A stretch of 64,000 bases of DNA, taken from positions 1 through 64,000 of the forward strand of contig JBBIQV010000012.1 of the NCBI GenBank assembly GCA_037442105.1, written 5' to 3'. Positions within the stretch are counted from its first letter, which is position 1; the number at the start of each line of letters is the position of its first letter. The position numbers and the translations under genes were made by a program. The stretch comes from Nitrospiraceae bacterium (GTDB lineage Bacteria > Nitrospirota > Nitrospiria > Nitrospirales > Nitrospiraceae). The notes beneath the pieces are model-generated. The model saw only the letters and a list, made by a program, of their open reading frames with translations, was not told the origin of the DNA and ran no database searches. Positions 21,421 to 32,555 of this stretch are shown one piece after another.

Positions 21421-24400
21421 TCTCGCACTTTTTCATCGATCGTCCGATCTTCGCCTCGGTCCTGTCCATCATCATCGTGGTGGTGGGTCTGGTCGCCTTG
21501 CGGGCTCTCCCGATTGCCCAGTTCCCGGAAATCACTCCGCCGGTCGTGCAGATCGACGCGGACTATCCCGGCGCGAGCGCGGAGGTCGTCGCGGATTCGG
21601 TCGCGCGTCCCATCGAGGTGCAGCTCCCCGGCATCGACAACCTCCTCTACTACGACTCCACAAGCACGAACGATGGTCACATGACCATCAAGCTGACGTT
21701 CGAAATCGGGACGAACATCGACATCGCGCAGGTCCAAACTCAAAACCGCCAGAAGTTGGCCGAACCGCAGCTCCCGCCCGAAGTCGTCCGGCAAGGCATC
21801 AGCGTGAAGAAAGTGTCACCGGACTTGCTGGCCGTGGTCGCGCTCAGTTCCAGCGATCCCACGCATGACACGGTCTTTCTCTCCAACTATGCGGTGCTGC
21901 GCGTGATCGATAATCTCAAACGGCTTCGCGGGGTCGGCGACGCCGTGGTCTTTGGGCAGCAGAATTACTCGATGCGTCTGATTCTGGACCCGATTCGGAT
22001 GGCGCAGCTCAGCCTCACGCCGACCGACATCGCAAACGTCGTGCGCGAACAGAATCGGGACTTCCCCGCCGGCACGATCGGTCGTGAACCGGCGCCCAAA
22101 GGAACCGAACTGACGATTCCGGTGATCACCCAAGGTCGGCTGACCGAGGTGAAGGATTTTGAGGACATGATCGTCCGAGCCCTGCCGAACGGGTCCATGG
22201 TGCGGCTCAAGGATGTAGCCAGGGTCGAGCTGGGCGCGCAATCTTATGGCCTCGAAGGACGGTGGAACGGGAAACCGAACGTGTTTCTCTTGACCTTCCT
22301 GTCGCCGGGCGCCAACGCGCTCGACACGGTCAAACGAGTCCGCGGTGAGATGATCCGCCTGGCCAACAGTTTTCCGCCCGGTGTCTCGTACGATGTGCCG
22401 TACGACACGACCCGGTTCATCGAGGTCTCCATCCAAGAAGTGGTGAAGACCTTGGGCGAGGCGATGATCCTCGTCATTCTTGTGGTCTATCTGTTTCTCC
22501 AGAGCTGGCGCGCGACGCTGATTCCAGGAGTGGCAGTGCCGGTCTCTCTCATCGGCACCTTTGCCGGCATGCAGGCATTGGGATTCTCCATCAACACCCT
22601 CACCTTGTTCGGCATGGTCCTGGCGATCGGGATCGTGGTGGACGACGCGATCGTCGTCGTGGAGAACGTCGAACGCCATATGGCGGGCGGACGCTCACCC
22701 AAGGAGGCCGCCAGGAAGGCGATGGAGGAGGTCACCGGACCGGTGATCGCCATCGTGCTCGTCCTCTGTGCGGTGTTCGTGCCGGTGGGCTTCTTGGGCG
22801 GCATCACGGGCGAACTCTACAAACAGTTCGCGATGACGATCGCCATGTCCGTGATCATCTCCGGATTCGTGGCGCTCACGCTCAGTCCGGCGCTGTGCGC
22901 CCTCGTGCTGACTCCTAGTCACGGACCGCGCAAGGGCTTCTTTGGCATCTTCAATACGTTCTTCGATTGGCTGAGGACCCGCTCTGCGCAGACGGTGGCG
23001 ACCGTCCTTACCCGCTCGGCCTTGTCCGTCGTGATCTTCGCGGGCATCCTGTTGCTGGCGGCAGGTCTGTTCAAAACGATTCCGTCGAGCTTCTTGCCGG
23101 AGGAAGACCAGGGCTACTTCATTACCATCGTGCAGCTTCCCGATGGGGCGTCGAAGCAGCGGACGGAAGCGGTGCTGAGCAAAATCGAACAGTACTTCCT
23201 GTCCATTCCCGCCGTCCACTCCACTGATGCCTTGGCCGGCCAGAATTTTGTGTTCAACACGCGGGGGCCGAATGCCGCGACGATGTTCCTCCCGCTGCGG
23301 CACTGGGACGAGCGGCAAGAGCCGCAGAACCATGTCAAGGCCCTGATCGGTGCGGCGTACGGAGAGTTCGCCAAAATTCCCGATGCCTTAATCCTTGCCT
23401 TCAATGCGCCGTCGATTCGAGGGCTGGGCGCGACCGGCGGGTTTTCCCTCCAACTGCAAGATCCCAGCGGGGGAGATTTCAACAAGTTTGCCGCGGTCGC
23501 CCAGGAATTCGTGAACAAAGCGCGGCAACACCCGGCCATCGGAGCCATCGGCACCAGCTTTCGCGTCAGTGCACCACGGCTCTTCGCCCGAGTGAACCGG
23601 GAGCGAGCCAAGGCGCTCGGTGTGCCGATCTCCGAAGTGTTCGACACGCTCCAAGCCTATTTCGGCAACCTCTACGTGAATGACTTCCTGAAATTCGGCC
23701 GCGTCTATCGGGTGCAGACGGAGGCTGAAGCGCAGTACCGATCGACGCCGGAGGACATCGCCAGGATTTACGTCCGCGCGGTGAGCGGCCAGGGCCCGGC
23801 CATGATTCCGCTCGACACCATAGTGACGACGGAGTTCACCAGCGGGCCTGATCCGGTGACGCACTTCAACGGATACAACACCGCTCTCGTGCTGGGCGCG
23901 GCGGCACCCGGCTACAGTTCCGGCCAGGTGCTCGATGCGCTGGAGCAGGTCGCGCAGGAGGTGTTGGTTCCCCAAGGGTACGGGATTGACTGGAGCGGGA
24001 TTTCCTACCAGGAACGGATGGTCGGGCGACAATCGCTCTTTGCCTTCGCGTTCGGCCTGCTGATGGTCTTTCTCGTGCTCGCGGCTCAGTACGAAAGTTG
24101 GGCTGTTCCGTTCGCTGTGATCTTGGCCGTGCCGTTCGGCATGTTCGGAGCCCTGAGCGCCGTGTGGGTCCGCGGGCTGACGAACGACATCTACTTCCAG
24201 ATCGGGTTGGTGACGCTCATCGGGTTGGCCGCCAAGAACGCGATCCTGATCGTCGAGTTCGCCAACAAGCGGTATGCAGCCGGGCAGCCCCTGGCCGATG
24301 CCGCGATGGAAGCCGCCCGGCTGCGATTCCGGCCGATCATCATGACATCGATGGCCTTCATTCTGGGAGTCGTGCCGCTGGTCGTCGCGACCGGCGCGGG

Positions 24401-24596
24401 CGCTGCCAGCCGCCATTCCATCGGGACCGGCGTGTTCGGGGGGATGCTCGCCGCGACGTTCCTCGCGATCCTTTTCGTGCCGCTGTTCTTCGTGCTGGTC
24501 AGGAACATCAGCCGCCGCATCATCGGACGACCCATTGCACGGCGGAGAGAGCTGCTACAAGAATCCGAGCAGGAAGAGGAATACGAGCATGTGTAG
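21417..24596 (+). CDS. RND efflux permease (AcrB/HAE1 family)
   Basis: FFIDRPIFA, AIGIVVDDAIVVVENVER, AKNAILIVEFA, RFRPIIMTS. Confidence 0.97.
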   Translation: MISHFFIDRPIFASVLSIIIVVVGLVALRALPIAQFPEITPPVVQIDADYPGASAEVVADSVARPIEVQLPGIDNLLYYDSTSTNDGHMTIKLTFEIGTNIDIAQVQTQNRQKLAEPQLPPEVVRQGISVKKVSPDLLAVVALSSSDPTHDTVFLSNYAVLRVIDNLKRLRGVGDAVVFGQQNYSMRLILDPIRMAQLSLTPTDIANVVREQNRDFPAGTIGREPAPKGTELTIPVITQGRLTEVKDFEDMIVRALPNGSMVRLKDVARVELGAQSYGLEGRWNGKPNVFLLTFLSPGANALDTVKRVRGEMIRLANSFPPGVSYDVPYDTTRFIEVSIQEVVKTLGEAMILVILVVYLFLQSWRATLIPGVAVPVSLIGTFAGMQALGFSINTLTLFGMVLAIGIVVDDAIVVVENVERHMAGGRSPKEAARKAMEEVTGPVIAIVLVLCAVFVPVGFLGGITGELYKQFAMTIAMSVIISGFVALTLSPALCALVLTPSHGPRKGFFGIFNTFFDWLRTRSAQTVATVLTRSALSVVIFAGILLLAAGLFKTIPSSFLPEEDQGYFITIVQLPDGASKQRTEAVLSKIEQYFLSIPAVHSTDALAGQNFVFNTRGPNAATMFLPLRHWDERQEPQNHVKALIGAAYGEFAKIPDALILAFNAPSIRGLGATGGFSLQLQDPSGGDFNKFAAVAQEFVNKARQHPAIGAIGTSFRVSAPRLFARVNRERAKALGVPISEVFDTLQAYFGNLYVNDFLKFGRVYRVQTEAEAQYRSTPEDIARIYVRAVSGQGPAMIPLDTIVTTEFTSGPDPVTHFNGYNTALVLGAAAPGYSSGQVLDALEQVAQEVLVPQGYGIDWSGISYQERMVGRQSLFAFAFGLLMVFLVLAAQYESWAVPFAVILAVPFGMFGALSAVWVRGLTNDIYFQIGLVTLIGLAAKNAILIVEFANKRYAAGQPLADAAMEAARLRFRPIIMTSMAFILGVVPLVVATGAGAASRHSIGTGVFGGMLAATFLAILFVPLFFVLVRNISRRIIGRPIARRRELLQESEQEEEYEHV

Positions 24597-25992
24597 GGTA
24601 ACGGCCTTCATCCTGTCGATGCTGTTGACCGCCTGTGCCGTGGGGCCGAATTACGAACGTCCGATGCTGACCACACCCGATGCATTCCGGATGGCGGAAC
24701 CGGGTGGAGCAGCGATGTCCATTGCCAATCTCCCCTGGTGGGAACTCTTGCGGGACGAAGAACTGAAAAAGCTGATCCAGGTGGCTCTCGAGGAGAACAA
24801 GGACCTCAAACGAGCGGTGGCCGCGGTGGAAGAATTTCAGGCGCGTCTGTTCATCGCGAGAACGGACTTTGCCCCTCAGTTGAGCACGACGGTTAACGCA
24901 CCGTCCTTCGGCCGGAAGACGAATTTCCTGTTCCCCGGATTCCCCAATCCCTTCAACTATTACCTGCAAGGCAACCTCTCCTGGGAACTCGATATTTGGG
25001 GCCGTATCCGTCGCTCAAATGAAGCGGCGCGAGGCGACTTACTGGCTCGCGAGGAGGCCCGCCGAGCCGTGGTCCTGCAACTCGTAAGCGGCGTAGCGGA
25101 AGCCTATTTCGATCTCCTCCAGTTCGATATGCAGCTCGATATTGCCAAGCGGACGCTCACGTCCTGGGAGGAGTCGGTGCGGATCGCCCAGGCCCGATTG
25201 CGCCAGGGTGTCATCTCCAAGCTGGATGCTGATCAGTTCGAGGCTGAGCGCGCGAACGCCGCTGCACGTGCGGCCGAGTTGGAGCGGCAGATGGTGCAGA
25301 AAGAGAACCAGCTCAGCATCTTGCTGGGGCGCAATCCCGGGCAAATCCCCAGGGGGCGACCGTTGACTGAACAGGTGATGCCGCCCGCGGTGCCGCCAGG
25401 GTTGCCTTCTGAACTGTTACAACGCCGTCCGGATGTCGTCCAGGCCGAACAAGACTTGGCGGCGGCGACCGCCAGGATCGGCGTGGCCAAAGCCGACCGG
25501 TTTCCGAAGCTCAGCATCACCGGCATTCTCGGCGTGGCCAGCCCGCAGTTGTCTCGCCTGGTGGCGAATGAAACGGCCTTCGGCGTTGCGGGGCCAAGCG
25601 TGGCTGCGCCGCTGCTCAACGCGCAGATTTTGGGATTCCAACAGGAAGCCGTGGAGGCCCAAGCCCGACAGGCCCTCGCCCAGTACGAGCAGGCGATCCT
25701 TGTCGCGTTCAGAGAAGTGGAAGACGCACTGGTGGCGGTCCGTACGGCCCGCGAACAGCGAGAAGCCCAGGTCCGGCAAGTGGAGGCGTTGCGATCGGCC
25801 TTGCGACTTGCCAATCTTCGATACAAGGGCGGCCTCGCCAACTATCTCGATGTGCTCATCGCCCAACGGAATCTCTTTGAGGCGGAGTTGGCGCTGACGG
25901 GGACGCACCGGCTGCACCTCGTGTCGATCGTGCAGCTTTACAAGGCCTTGGGTGGAGGGTGGTCACCGGAGGAGGCGTCGGAGAAAGGATAA
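24589..25992 (+). CDS. NodT/OprM-family outer membrane efflux lipoprotein
   Basis: Lipobox LTAC, WELDIWGR, PSELLQRRPD, LYKALGGGW. Confidence 0.95.
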   Translation: MCRVTAFILSMLLTACAVGPNYERPMLTTPDAFRMAEPGGAAMSIANLPWWELLRDEELKKLIQVALEENKDLKRAVAAVEEFQARLFIARTDFAPQLSTTVNAPSFGRKTNFLFPGFPNPFNYYLQGNLSWELDIWGRIRRSNEAARGDLLAREEARRAVVLQLVSGVAEAYFDLLQFDMQLDIAKRTLTSWEESVRIAQARLRQGVISKLDADQFEAERANAAARAAELERQMVQKENQLSILLGRNPGQIPRGRPLTEQVMPPAVPPGLPSELLQRRPDVVQAEQDLAAATARIGVAKADRFPKLSITGILGVASPQLSRLVANETAFGVAGPSVAAPLLNAQILGFQQEAVEAQARQALAQYEQAILVAFREVEDALVAVRTAREQREAQVRQVEALRSALRLANLRYKGGLANYLDVLIAQRNLFEAELALTGTHRLHLVSIVQLYKALGGGWSPEEASEKG

Positions 25993-26000
25993 GGAGCGAC

Positions 26001-26603
26001 ATGGAAAAGCCGGCAGACACGCAGTATCCCATTCATGACTTGCTGCGCCGGCGGTGGAGCCCGCGCGCGTTTGCGGAACGGATGGTCGAACCGGAGAAGT
26101 TGCGCAGTCTGTTCGAAGCGGCGCGCTGGGCGCCCTCCTGTTTCAACGCGCAGCCGTGGCGTTTCGTCATTGCAACAAGGGATGTTTCGGCTGAGCACGA
26201 ACGGTTGCTCAACTGCCTGGTTGAAGGAAACCGCGCATGGGCTCATCGCGTGCCCGTATTGATTCTGTCCGTGGCAAAACTCACCTTCGACGACGGATCG
26301 CCCAATCGCCACGCCTGGCACGACGTGGGGCTTGCGGTGGAAAATCTGATCGTTCAAGCAACCGCGTTCGGTCTGGCAGTCCACCAGATGGCCGGATTCG
26401 ACGCCGGGAAAGCCAGGACCGAGGTGAAGCTTCCGGACGGTTTCGAGCCCGTCGCCATGATCGCCGTTGGATACCCTGGCGATCCGTCGATGCTTCCTGA
26501 GAAATTACATCAGAAAGAACTCGCCTCTCGCGCGCGCAAGCCGAGTCGCGATTTCGTGTTTGCCGGAGATTGGGGGAAGCCTGCACCGTTGATAAGCCGA
26601 TGA
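26001..26603 (+). CDS. nitroreductase family protein
   Basis: RRWSPRAF, AARWAPSCFNAQPWRF, HQMAGFD. Confidence 0.92.
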   Translation: MEKPADTQYPIHDLLRRRWSPRAFAERMVEPEKLRSLFEAARWAPSCFNAQPWRFVIATRDVSAEHERLLNCLVEGNRAWAHRVPVLILSVAKLTFDDGSPNRHAWHDVGLAVENLIVQATAFGLAVHQMAGFDAGKARTEVKLPDGFEPVAMIAVGYPGDPSMLPEKLHQKELASRARKPSRDFVFAGDWGKPAPLISR

Positions 26604-26610
26604 TCAGCAA

Positions 26611-27840
26611 TCAAGAAAGAAGACTTTTCAGGGGCACCGTCGGGTCCCGGAGTTGGTCCTCTTTTCCACTCAAGTCCTTCTTGCTCTTGATCAGACGCTG
26701 CAAAGGAGGGAGGTCTTTTGCACCGGCGTTAATGGAGAAATAGGCACGGAGGACATGATTTTTCAAATACAGGAGCATAAAGGACATGGTGTCAACCTGT
26801 CCGCGAACGAGGACCTGGTCGTGCTCGCTCTCATCTCCGGCGAACTCAAGATGAAGATCGAAGATATCGGACCACACATAGGTGAGGAGATCGTAGGGCT
26901 TGTGGGCGCCGGCCATGTTCTGTGCGGCCAATTGCCCACCGTATTCAGCGTGGCCCCAATGCTCGACGCGGCGCCGCTTGCCGAAGAGCGGGTCGAAGTA
27001 GTTGGCCACGTCACCGGCGGCATACAGGTCGGGATGAGACGTTTGGAGGTATTCATTCACGGCAATGCCGTTGTCGACCACAAGTCCGGCGTCGCGGGCC
27101 AGCTCGACATTCGGCACGATGCCCACGCCGATGCACACGAAGTTGCAAGGCAGCGTGGCTCCCGATTTCAACACGACGGAGAACGCGTGATCGTGCCGAT
27201 GAATGTCGGTCACGGTCTCACTGGTGTGGAAGGTGACTCCTTTGCTCGTGCAGTAGTCCTGAATCGCTGTGGCCAATGTTGAATCTGCAAAGCGTGGCCA
27301 AATATGCGGGAGCGCCTCAATGACCGTGACCTGCACGCCTCGTTGGGTCAGCGACGCCGCGACTTCCAATCCGATGAAGCCGGCGCCGATGAGCACGGCC
27401 CACGAGCCTTTCGTCGCATGGGCTGCGATGGCAGCCGCATCATCGAGGGTACGGAGGTAATAGACGCCAGGCAGATTCGCACCGGGCATGGTGAGACGGA
27501 TTGGACGTCCGCCGGTGGCGATCAGAGCTTTCTCGAATCGAATGGCCTGACTTTTGAACAACCAGGCCTCCTTGTCCGCGAGGTTCAATCGTTGCACCTG
27601 GGTTCCGAGTCGCAGATCGATTCTTGCGTCGTGAAAGTAGGCCTCGGGGTCAAAAAAGAGCTGGTCTTTGGTTTTCTCTCCCCGGAGAAATTCCTTGGAG
27701 AGAGGAGGACGGTCGTAAGGCACATAGGGCTCTTCACTCACAAGCGTGATTGGTGACTCGGCATCGAGTTGACGCAGTTGCTTAGCGGCCTGACTGGCAG
27801 CAAGGCCGCCGCCAATGAGAAGATACCGCGTGGATTCCAT
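26611..27840 (-). CDS. FAD-dependent ferredoxin reductase-like oxidoreductase
   Basis: GGGLA, PYDRPPLSK, GAGFIGLE, YAAGD, RVEHW, WSDIFD. Confidence 0.9.
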   Translation of the reverse strand: MESTRYLLIGGGLAASQAAKQLRQLDAESPITLVSEEPYVPYDRPPLSKEFLRGEKTKDQLFFDPEAYFHDARIDLRLGTQVQRLNLADKEAWLFKSQAIRFEKALIATGGRPIRLTMPGANLPGVYYLRTLDDAAAIAAHATKGSWAVLIGAGFIGLEVAASLTQRGVQVTVIEALPHIWPRFADSTLATAIQDYCTSKGVTFHTSETVTDIHRHDHAFSVVLKSGATLPCNFVCIGVGIVPNVELARDAGLVVDNGIAVNEYLQTSHPDLYAAGDVANYFDPLFGKRRRVEHWGHAEYGGQLAAQNMAGAHKPYDLLTYVWSDIFDLHLEFAGDESEHDQVLVRGQVDTMSFMLLYLKNHVLRAYFSINAGAKDLPPLQRLIKSKKDLSGKEDQLRDPTVPLKSLLS

Positions 27841-28016
27841 AGGTAGCCTGGCTTGAGCGCTTGTGGCTGTTTAAGGATACGCCAACCGAGGAAGAATTTC
27901 ATTGCTCAGGGAAGGGGCTGTCTTGAGGAGCGATCGGCCACGCGCGCTCTGGATCTATGCCGGCTGAGGACCGGCGCTCAATGGCAACGTGACGAATCAT
28001 CGACGGAGGTGGAGCA

Positions 28017-28730
28017 ATGGGTGAATTGAACAACAAGGTGGTCGTCATCATCGGTGGAAGCTCCGGTCTCGGTTTCGCCGCCGCGCAACTGGCTCTCAAG
28101 GCCTGGGCGACGGTGGTGATCGTGGGCCGCTCGCCTGAGAAGCTGGCCACGGCCAAACACAAGCTGGGAGATGTCCGAACCGAGGTGGCGGATAGCAGCG
28201 ATGAAGCCTCGATCCATCGTCTGTTCGCCGGGCTGCCGCAGGTCGATCATATTTTTCTTTCAGGAGGCGGAGCCGTCTTCGGGAAGATCAGCGACTTATC
28301 GACGGAACGAATCCAGCAGGTTGTCCAAGAGCGGGTGTGGGCGCCGATCTACCTCGTGCGTCATGCCGTGCCGAAGATGAAAGGCGGCTCGATCACGCTG
28401 ATGTCCGGGTCCCTGGCGTCGCGTCCGGCGCCCGGCGGGGTCATCGCAGGAACCGGCAACGCCGTCTCCGAAGCATTTGTCCGGGGCCTCGCGCTGGAAA
28501 TCGCTCCGGTGCGCGTCAATGCCGTCGCGCCTGGTTGGATCGACACCCCGTTGGTCGACTCAGTGCTGGGACCAGGCCGGGACGCGGTCTTGCGAGAGGT
28601 TGCCGAGAAGTTGCCCGGAAAGAGAATCGGAAGACCAGAGGAAGTCGCCGAGGCGGTCATCACCCTCATGAGAAACGAGTACATCAACGGCGAAGTGCTG
28701 CACATCGATGGCGCCGGCCGGTATGTCTGA
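28017..28730 (+). CDS. SDR family oxidoreductase
   Basis: GGSSGLG, RVNAVAPGWIDT, GEVLHIDG. Confidence 0.9.
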   Translation: MGELNNKVVVIIGGSSGLGFAAAQLALKAWATVVIVGRSPEKLATAKHKLGDVRTEVADSSDEASIHRLFAGLPQVDHIFLSGGGAVFGKISDLSTERIQQVVQERVWAPIYLVRHAVPKMKGGSITLMSGSLASRPAPGGVIAGTGNAVSEAFVRGLALEIAPVRVNAVAPGWIDTPLVDSVLGPGRDAVLREVAEKLPGKRIGRPEEVAEAVITLMRNEYINGEVLHIDGAGRYV

Positions 28731-28783
28731 CCGGCGCAGGAACGAGAAGGCGAGCCTGATCGAGCAGCGAGGAGGGAGCTTCA

Positions 28784-30136
28784 TTACGCAAAGAACTTGA
28801 GCCAGAGATACAGGGTGCTGATGAGCAACGATCCCAGCATCACGGGGAGCCCCATCGCCAGAAACCGCCAGAAGCTGATGTGATACCCGGCGCGCCGCGC
28901 GAGGTCCACAATCACCACGTTGGCCGATGCGCCGATGAGCGTTCCATTCCCACCCAGACATGCGCCGAGTGCGAGCGCCCACCAGAGCGGCAGAATGTCG
29001 GGTTGATGGACCAAGGCCGTATAGTCCTGCACCTCCGGGTGCAGCGAGCGGGCCAAGTCCACAATCAAGGGATTCATCGCGGCGACGTACGGAATGTTGT
29101 CGATACCGGACGACAAGATGGCGGAACCCCACAGCACCGCCATCGTAGTGCCGGTGACGTTCCCGTGTGTCAACTGCACCAATTGCTGGGCGAGCGCGTG
29201 AATCGCGCCCACCTTGACCAACCCTCCCACGAGAACGAAGAGCCCGATGAAGAAAAAAATCGTCTTCCACTCCACTTCCATCAGATAGTCCATCTCCTCA
29301 TGATTGCCCGACGCCTTCGCATGGCCGTGGCCCACGAGCATGAAGAGCGATGCGCCCAGCAAGGCGACCGTGGCCGGCTCCAGGCGTAGAACACTGTGAA
29401 GACAGAAGCCGACGGTCGTCAGGCCTAGAAGCCCGAGACACTTCGCCAGCAGCTTGCGATCTTTGATCGCCTCCCTGGCCCGCAGGCGAAGGATAGCCTC
29501 TCGAAGGTGCGGAGGCACCGATAAGGACCGGCCGGCGACCAGCCAAAGTCCGCCGACGAACGCCAGCAGGATCAGCCACACCACCGGCCCGAGGACGAGC
29601 AGGAAGTCGAGATAGGTCAAGTCGGCCTTGCTGGCAATCATAATGTTCGGTGGATCGCCGACCAGGGTGCTTGTGCCGCCGATGTTCGACGCGAGCGCTT
29701 CGGTGACCAGGTAGACGACCGGGTTGAGTTCCAAGCGGCGAGTGAGTTCCAGCGTCACCGGCGCCATCAAGAGCACGGTCGTCACGTTGTCGAGGAAGGC
29801 GGAGAGGATCGCGGTCACAAGTGCCAACAGCACGAGCATGCGAAAAGGTTTGGCGTGCGAGCGCTTGGCCGTCCAGATGGCGAGGACTTGAAAGAGACCG
29901 GTCTTGCTCGTGATGTTGATGATCACCATCATCGCGATCAGCAAGAAAATCACGTTGTAGTCCACCCCATAGTCATGGGAATGAAACGCTTCTTCCTGTG
30001 TGACCACACCGAGTGAAATCATGAGCGCCGCGCCGAACAGCGCGACGATCGTCTTATGGATGCGCTCGGTGACTATGGCCAGATAGCATGCGCCGAAGAT
30101 CACGAGTGCCAACGTCAGGTCCGTCATGAGCGCCAC
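28784..30136 (-). CDS. ArsB/NhaD-family ion transporter
   Basis: SAFLDNVTT, ASNIGGTSTLVGDPPN, LGGNGTLIGASANV; multiple TM helices. Confidence 0.9.
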   Translation of the reverse strand: MALMTDLTLALVIFGACYLAIVTERIHKTIVALFGAALMISLGVVTQEEAFHSHDYGVDYNVIFLLIAMMVIINITSKTGLFQVLAIWTAKRSHAKPFRMLVLLALVTAILSAFLDNVTTVLLMAPVTLELTRRLELNPVVYLVTEALASNIGGTSTLVGDPPNIMIASKADLTYLDFLLVLGPVVWLILLAFVGGLWLVAGRSLSVPPHLREAILRLRAREAIKDRKLLAKCLGLLGLTTVGFCLHSVLRLEPATVALLGASLFMLVGHGHAKASGNHEEMDYLMEVEWKTIFFFIGLFVLVGGLVKVGAIHALAQQLVQLTHGNVTGTTMAVLWGSAILSSGIDNIPYVAAMNPLIVDLARSLHPEVQDYTALVHQPDILPLWWALALGACLGGNGTLIGASANVVIVDLARRAGYHISFWRFLAMGLPVMLGSLLISTLYLWLKFFA

Positions 30137-30414
30137 CTATATCATGGCTGCGACCAGGAGCCAAACGCTTCCGCCTCAGATTCGTGCCAAGGCAGGAGTT
30201 GCCGTGGGCGATCTCCTCGAGGCGAAGGTGAAGGGAAGACAATGACGTTGGTCCCGAACCGCGTGATTGATCGAGAATTGGCCTTTGCGCGCGCTTGGGC
30301 GCCCGCTCGGCGCCACCCGCATTTTCATGATGCAGGGTGAGCCGAAGGCTCATGATGACTGTCTTGAAGTAAGACTCTGGCCATCGAATACGCCGCATTG
30401 GCAGGGCTGATCCC

Positions 30415-31425
30415 TCAGGAGGCAGCCACGTGCCGGATCATGGCCATGACGCCGGAAGTAGCATTTTCGGGATGGAGAACAATGCCTGGATGGCGATTCG
30501 CAAAAACGCGGAACACCTCATCGGCAAATCCCTGCCCCACTGATTGCACCGCGCGAAAATCGATGACGATTTCTCGGAATTTCTCCAGGTTCGCCACGAG
30601 ACGTCGCGCCTCCGAACGCGAGACATAGTCGGGCTGCAGCAGCTTGACCAACACCTTGGTCTTCTGAAACTGAAAATCGTACTCTTTCGGAGCGAACTCG
30701 CCGAATACCTCTTCAAGCCTGTGCCGAGAACCGCGGTGGAGGGAAAAGCGCACGAAGGTTCCACGAGCGAAGCGAGGCTGCGAGACGAACACATCCTGCT
30801 TGGCCCGCTTCCATTCAATTTGAAGCCTGTGGGATTTCAGTAGAAAAGTGTCGCCGACTCGCGAAGTAAAGAAGATACCTTCCCCCGTGTGGGCCTCCGG
30901 CATGGTGGTGGTCTTGCCTTTGAGGAGTTCGATCAGCGCCGATTCCTCATCAGGAAGATGGAGCTTCGACGCAATGGAGTGAAAGACACCGATGCCATGG
31001 TCGCGAATTTCAAAGGACGCGAACGTCGGTCCGACCAGAACCTGAATAGTGCATCGGTCAGATTGCGAATGCTCGATGGCGTTGTTGAGCATTTCCGTGA
31101 ACGCGTAACGCAAGATAGCCAGCACGTTGGGCCGTAGTGCACGCTTGAGCTGCAGGCGCACTTCTATTTCATCCCAAGCACGGTCTTCGTCGCAACCGCG
31201 TGTCGCGAGAGTCCGCGTGAGCGTGACCGGTTTCGCTGCCCGGCTTGCCAGCATGTAAGTGGCTCCTCTCGTCGTTCCTGATCGGACAACCTTATGGGCT
31301 GCGAGCAGGCTCCGAAGATGCAGACTCATGGCTTGGCGGCTGAGCTTGAGGTGGGCGCGCAATTCTCCCCCGGTTGAGGATTGCCGTTTCGAAAGGAATC
31401 TGAGAATCTTCACCTTAGGATCCAT
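30415..31425 (-). CDS. HTH + HATPase + STAS-like (DUF4325) protein
   Basis: N-terminal HTH; EMLNNAIEHS, IRDHGIG, HTGEGIFF; SRSEARR...DF..V..VGQGFADEVFRVF. Confidence 0.8.
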   Translation of the reverse strand: MDPKVKILRFLSKRQSSTGGELRAHLKLSRQAMSLHLRSLLAAHKVVRSGTTRGATYMLASRAAKPVTLTRTLATRGCDEDRAWDEIEVRLQLKRALRPNVLAILRYAFTEMLNNAIEHSQSDRCTIQVLVGPTFASFEIRDHGIGVFHSIASKLHLPDEESALIELLKGKTTTMPEAHTGEGIFFTSRVGDTFLLKSHRLQIEWKRAKQDVFVSQPRFARGTFVRFSLHRGSRHRLEEVFGEFAPKEYDFQFQKTKVLVKLLQPDYVSRSEARRLVANLEKFREIVIDFRAVQSVGQGFADEVFRVFANRHPGIVLHPENATSGVMAMIRHVAAS

Positions 31426-31651
31426 GGAGCGACGGTGTCACATTGTCAATCTATTGTCAAGTAAGGTAAATTACAATTGTCAATCATTTGCCGACGCAAG
31501 TGCATTGTCCTCATCCCTGGCATCTCCTTGACCGGTGCGGTATCATAAGCCCGGGAAAAGGGCTCAGGTTGAGGTTCTGAGGTTGGCGCTGAAAGCAAGC
31601 TTCTCTCCTCTCTTGACCTAAGCCTCAGCCTTAACCTGGCTTTTGACGAAA

Positions 31652-31999
31652 GGGGGCGACCGGTATCGACGGGGATACTGAGGCCATCGGGGCATGTCGA
31701 GCTCCTGGGGACTCGTAAAACCTCCGGGAAAACAGCAACTGCCAATCAAGAACTGGCACTCGCGGCTTAAGCCGTGACGTCTCTCCGCCTGAGGCCCGCG
31801 GGGGTGGAAGAGGCGCGATGCAGCGGGCTGGTCCAAGGCTGGTGCTCAGCGGCTGAGGACGAGAACTTCCTGGGCTAGCGGCTGTTCTAAGCCAGCCGAT
31901 GGGCGTGGATGGCTGCGAAACCAAAACGATCGGCTACACATGTAGATGCGGTGAGCTGACGATCTTCGGACAGGGGTTCAACTCCCCTCGCCTCCACCA
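31652..31999 (+). ncRNA. ssrA: transfer-messenger RNA (tmRNA); tag ANQELALAA at 31741-31770
   Basis: 5' GGGGGCGA..GGTATCGAC; 3' GACAGGGGTTCAACTCCCCTCGCCTCCACCA; internal ORF GCC AAT CAA GAA CTG GCA CTC GCG GCT TAA. Confidence 0.97.
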
Positions 32000-32010
32000 C
32001 GCCCAGCTTG

Positions 32011-32048
32011 NNNNNNNNNNNNNNNNNNNNNNNNNNNNNNNNNNNNNN
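32011..32048. other. assembly gap (38 N)
   Basis: Run of N directly downstream of the tmRNA 3' end. Confidence 1.
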
Positions 32049-32555
32049 GCCGGAAAAGCGCCACAGCAAGTGCCGGGCGAAACCTCCCAAGCTTCGCTTG
32101 AGCCGGCCGCTCTTTTGTAATTTATCGTGATTGACGCGGCCGGAGAAAACCCACAAGTGCTTCGTAGCCTTCTAATCCGCGCTCCGTGCGTATTGGCGGA
32201 CCCTTCTTCAGCGCGTTCGAGCCTTCTTCGAGTCACAAGGCCCTTGATCATCGCACTCGGACCGCTTGAGCACCTGTCGGCAGACAGGGAAACAGAAGGT
32301 TGAGCCCGAGCACACCGACACGTTTCTGCGCCATAGGCTCCGTCTTTATTGGCAAGTTAATTTCATATCCCCAGCTCGCCCATCCCGGTGCATCGTCGGA
32401 CTGAGCGAACAGGTGGCCTAGCAGTTGGTCATTTGGAGTATGGAATTGGCTTCTCAGAGAAAACTGAGCATTCATAATGGCACTGAGAAAGGTCTTACAG
32501 TCGGCTAGATAATTCCGGAGTAACAGAAATATCTGTTCTCCCCAAGTGGTGAGCC

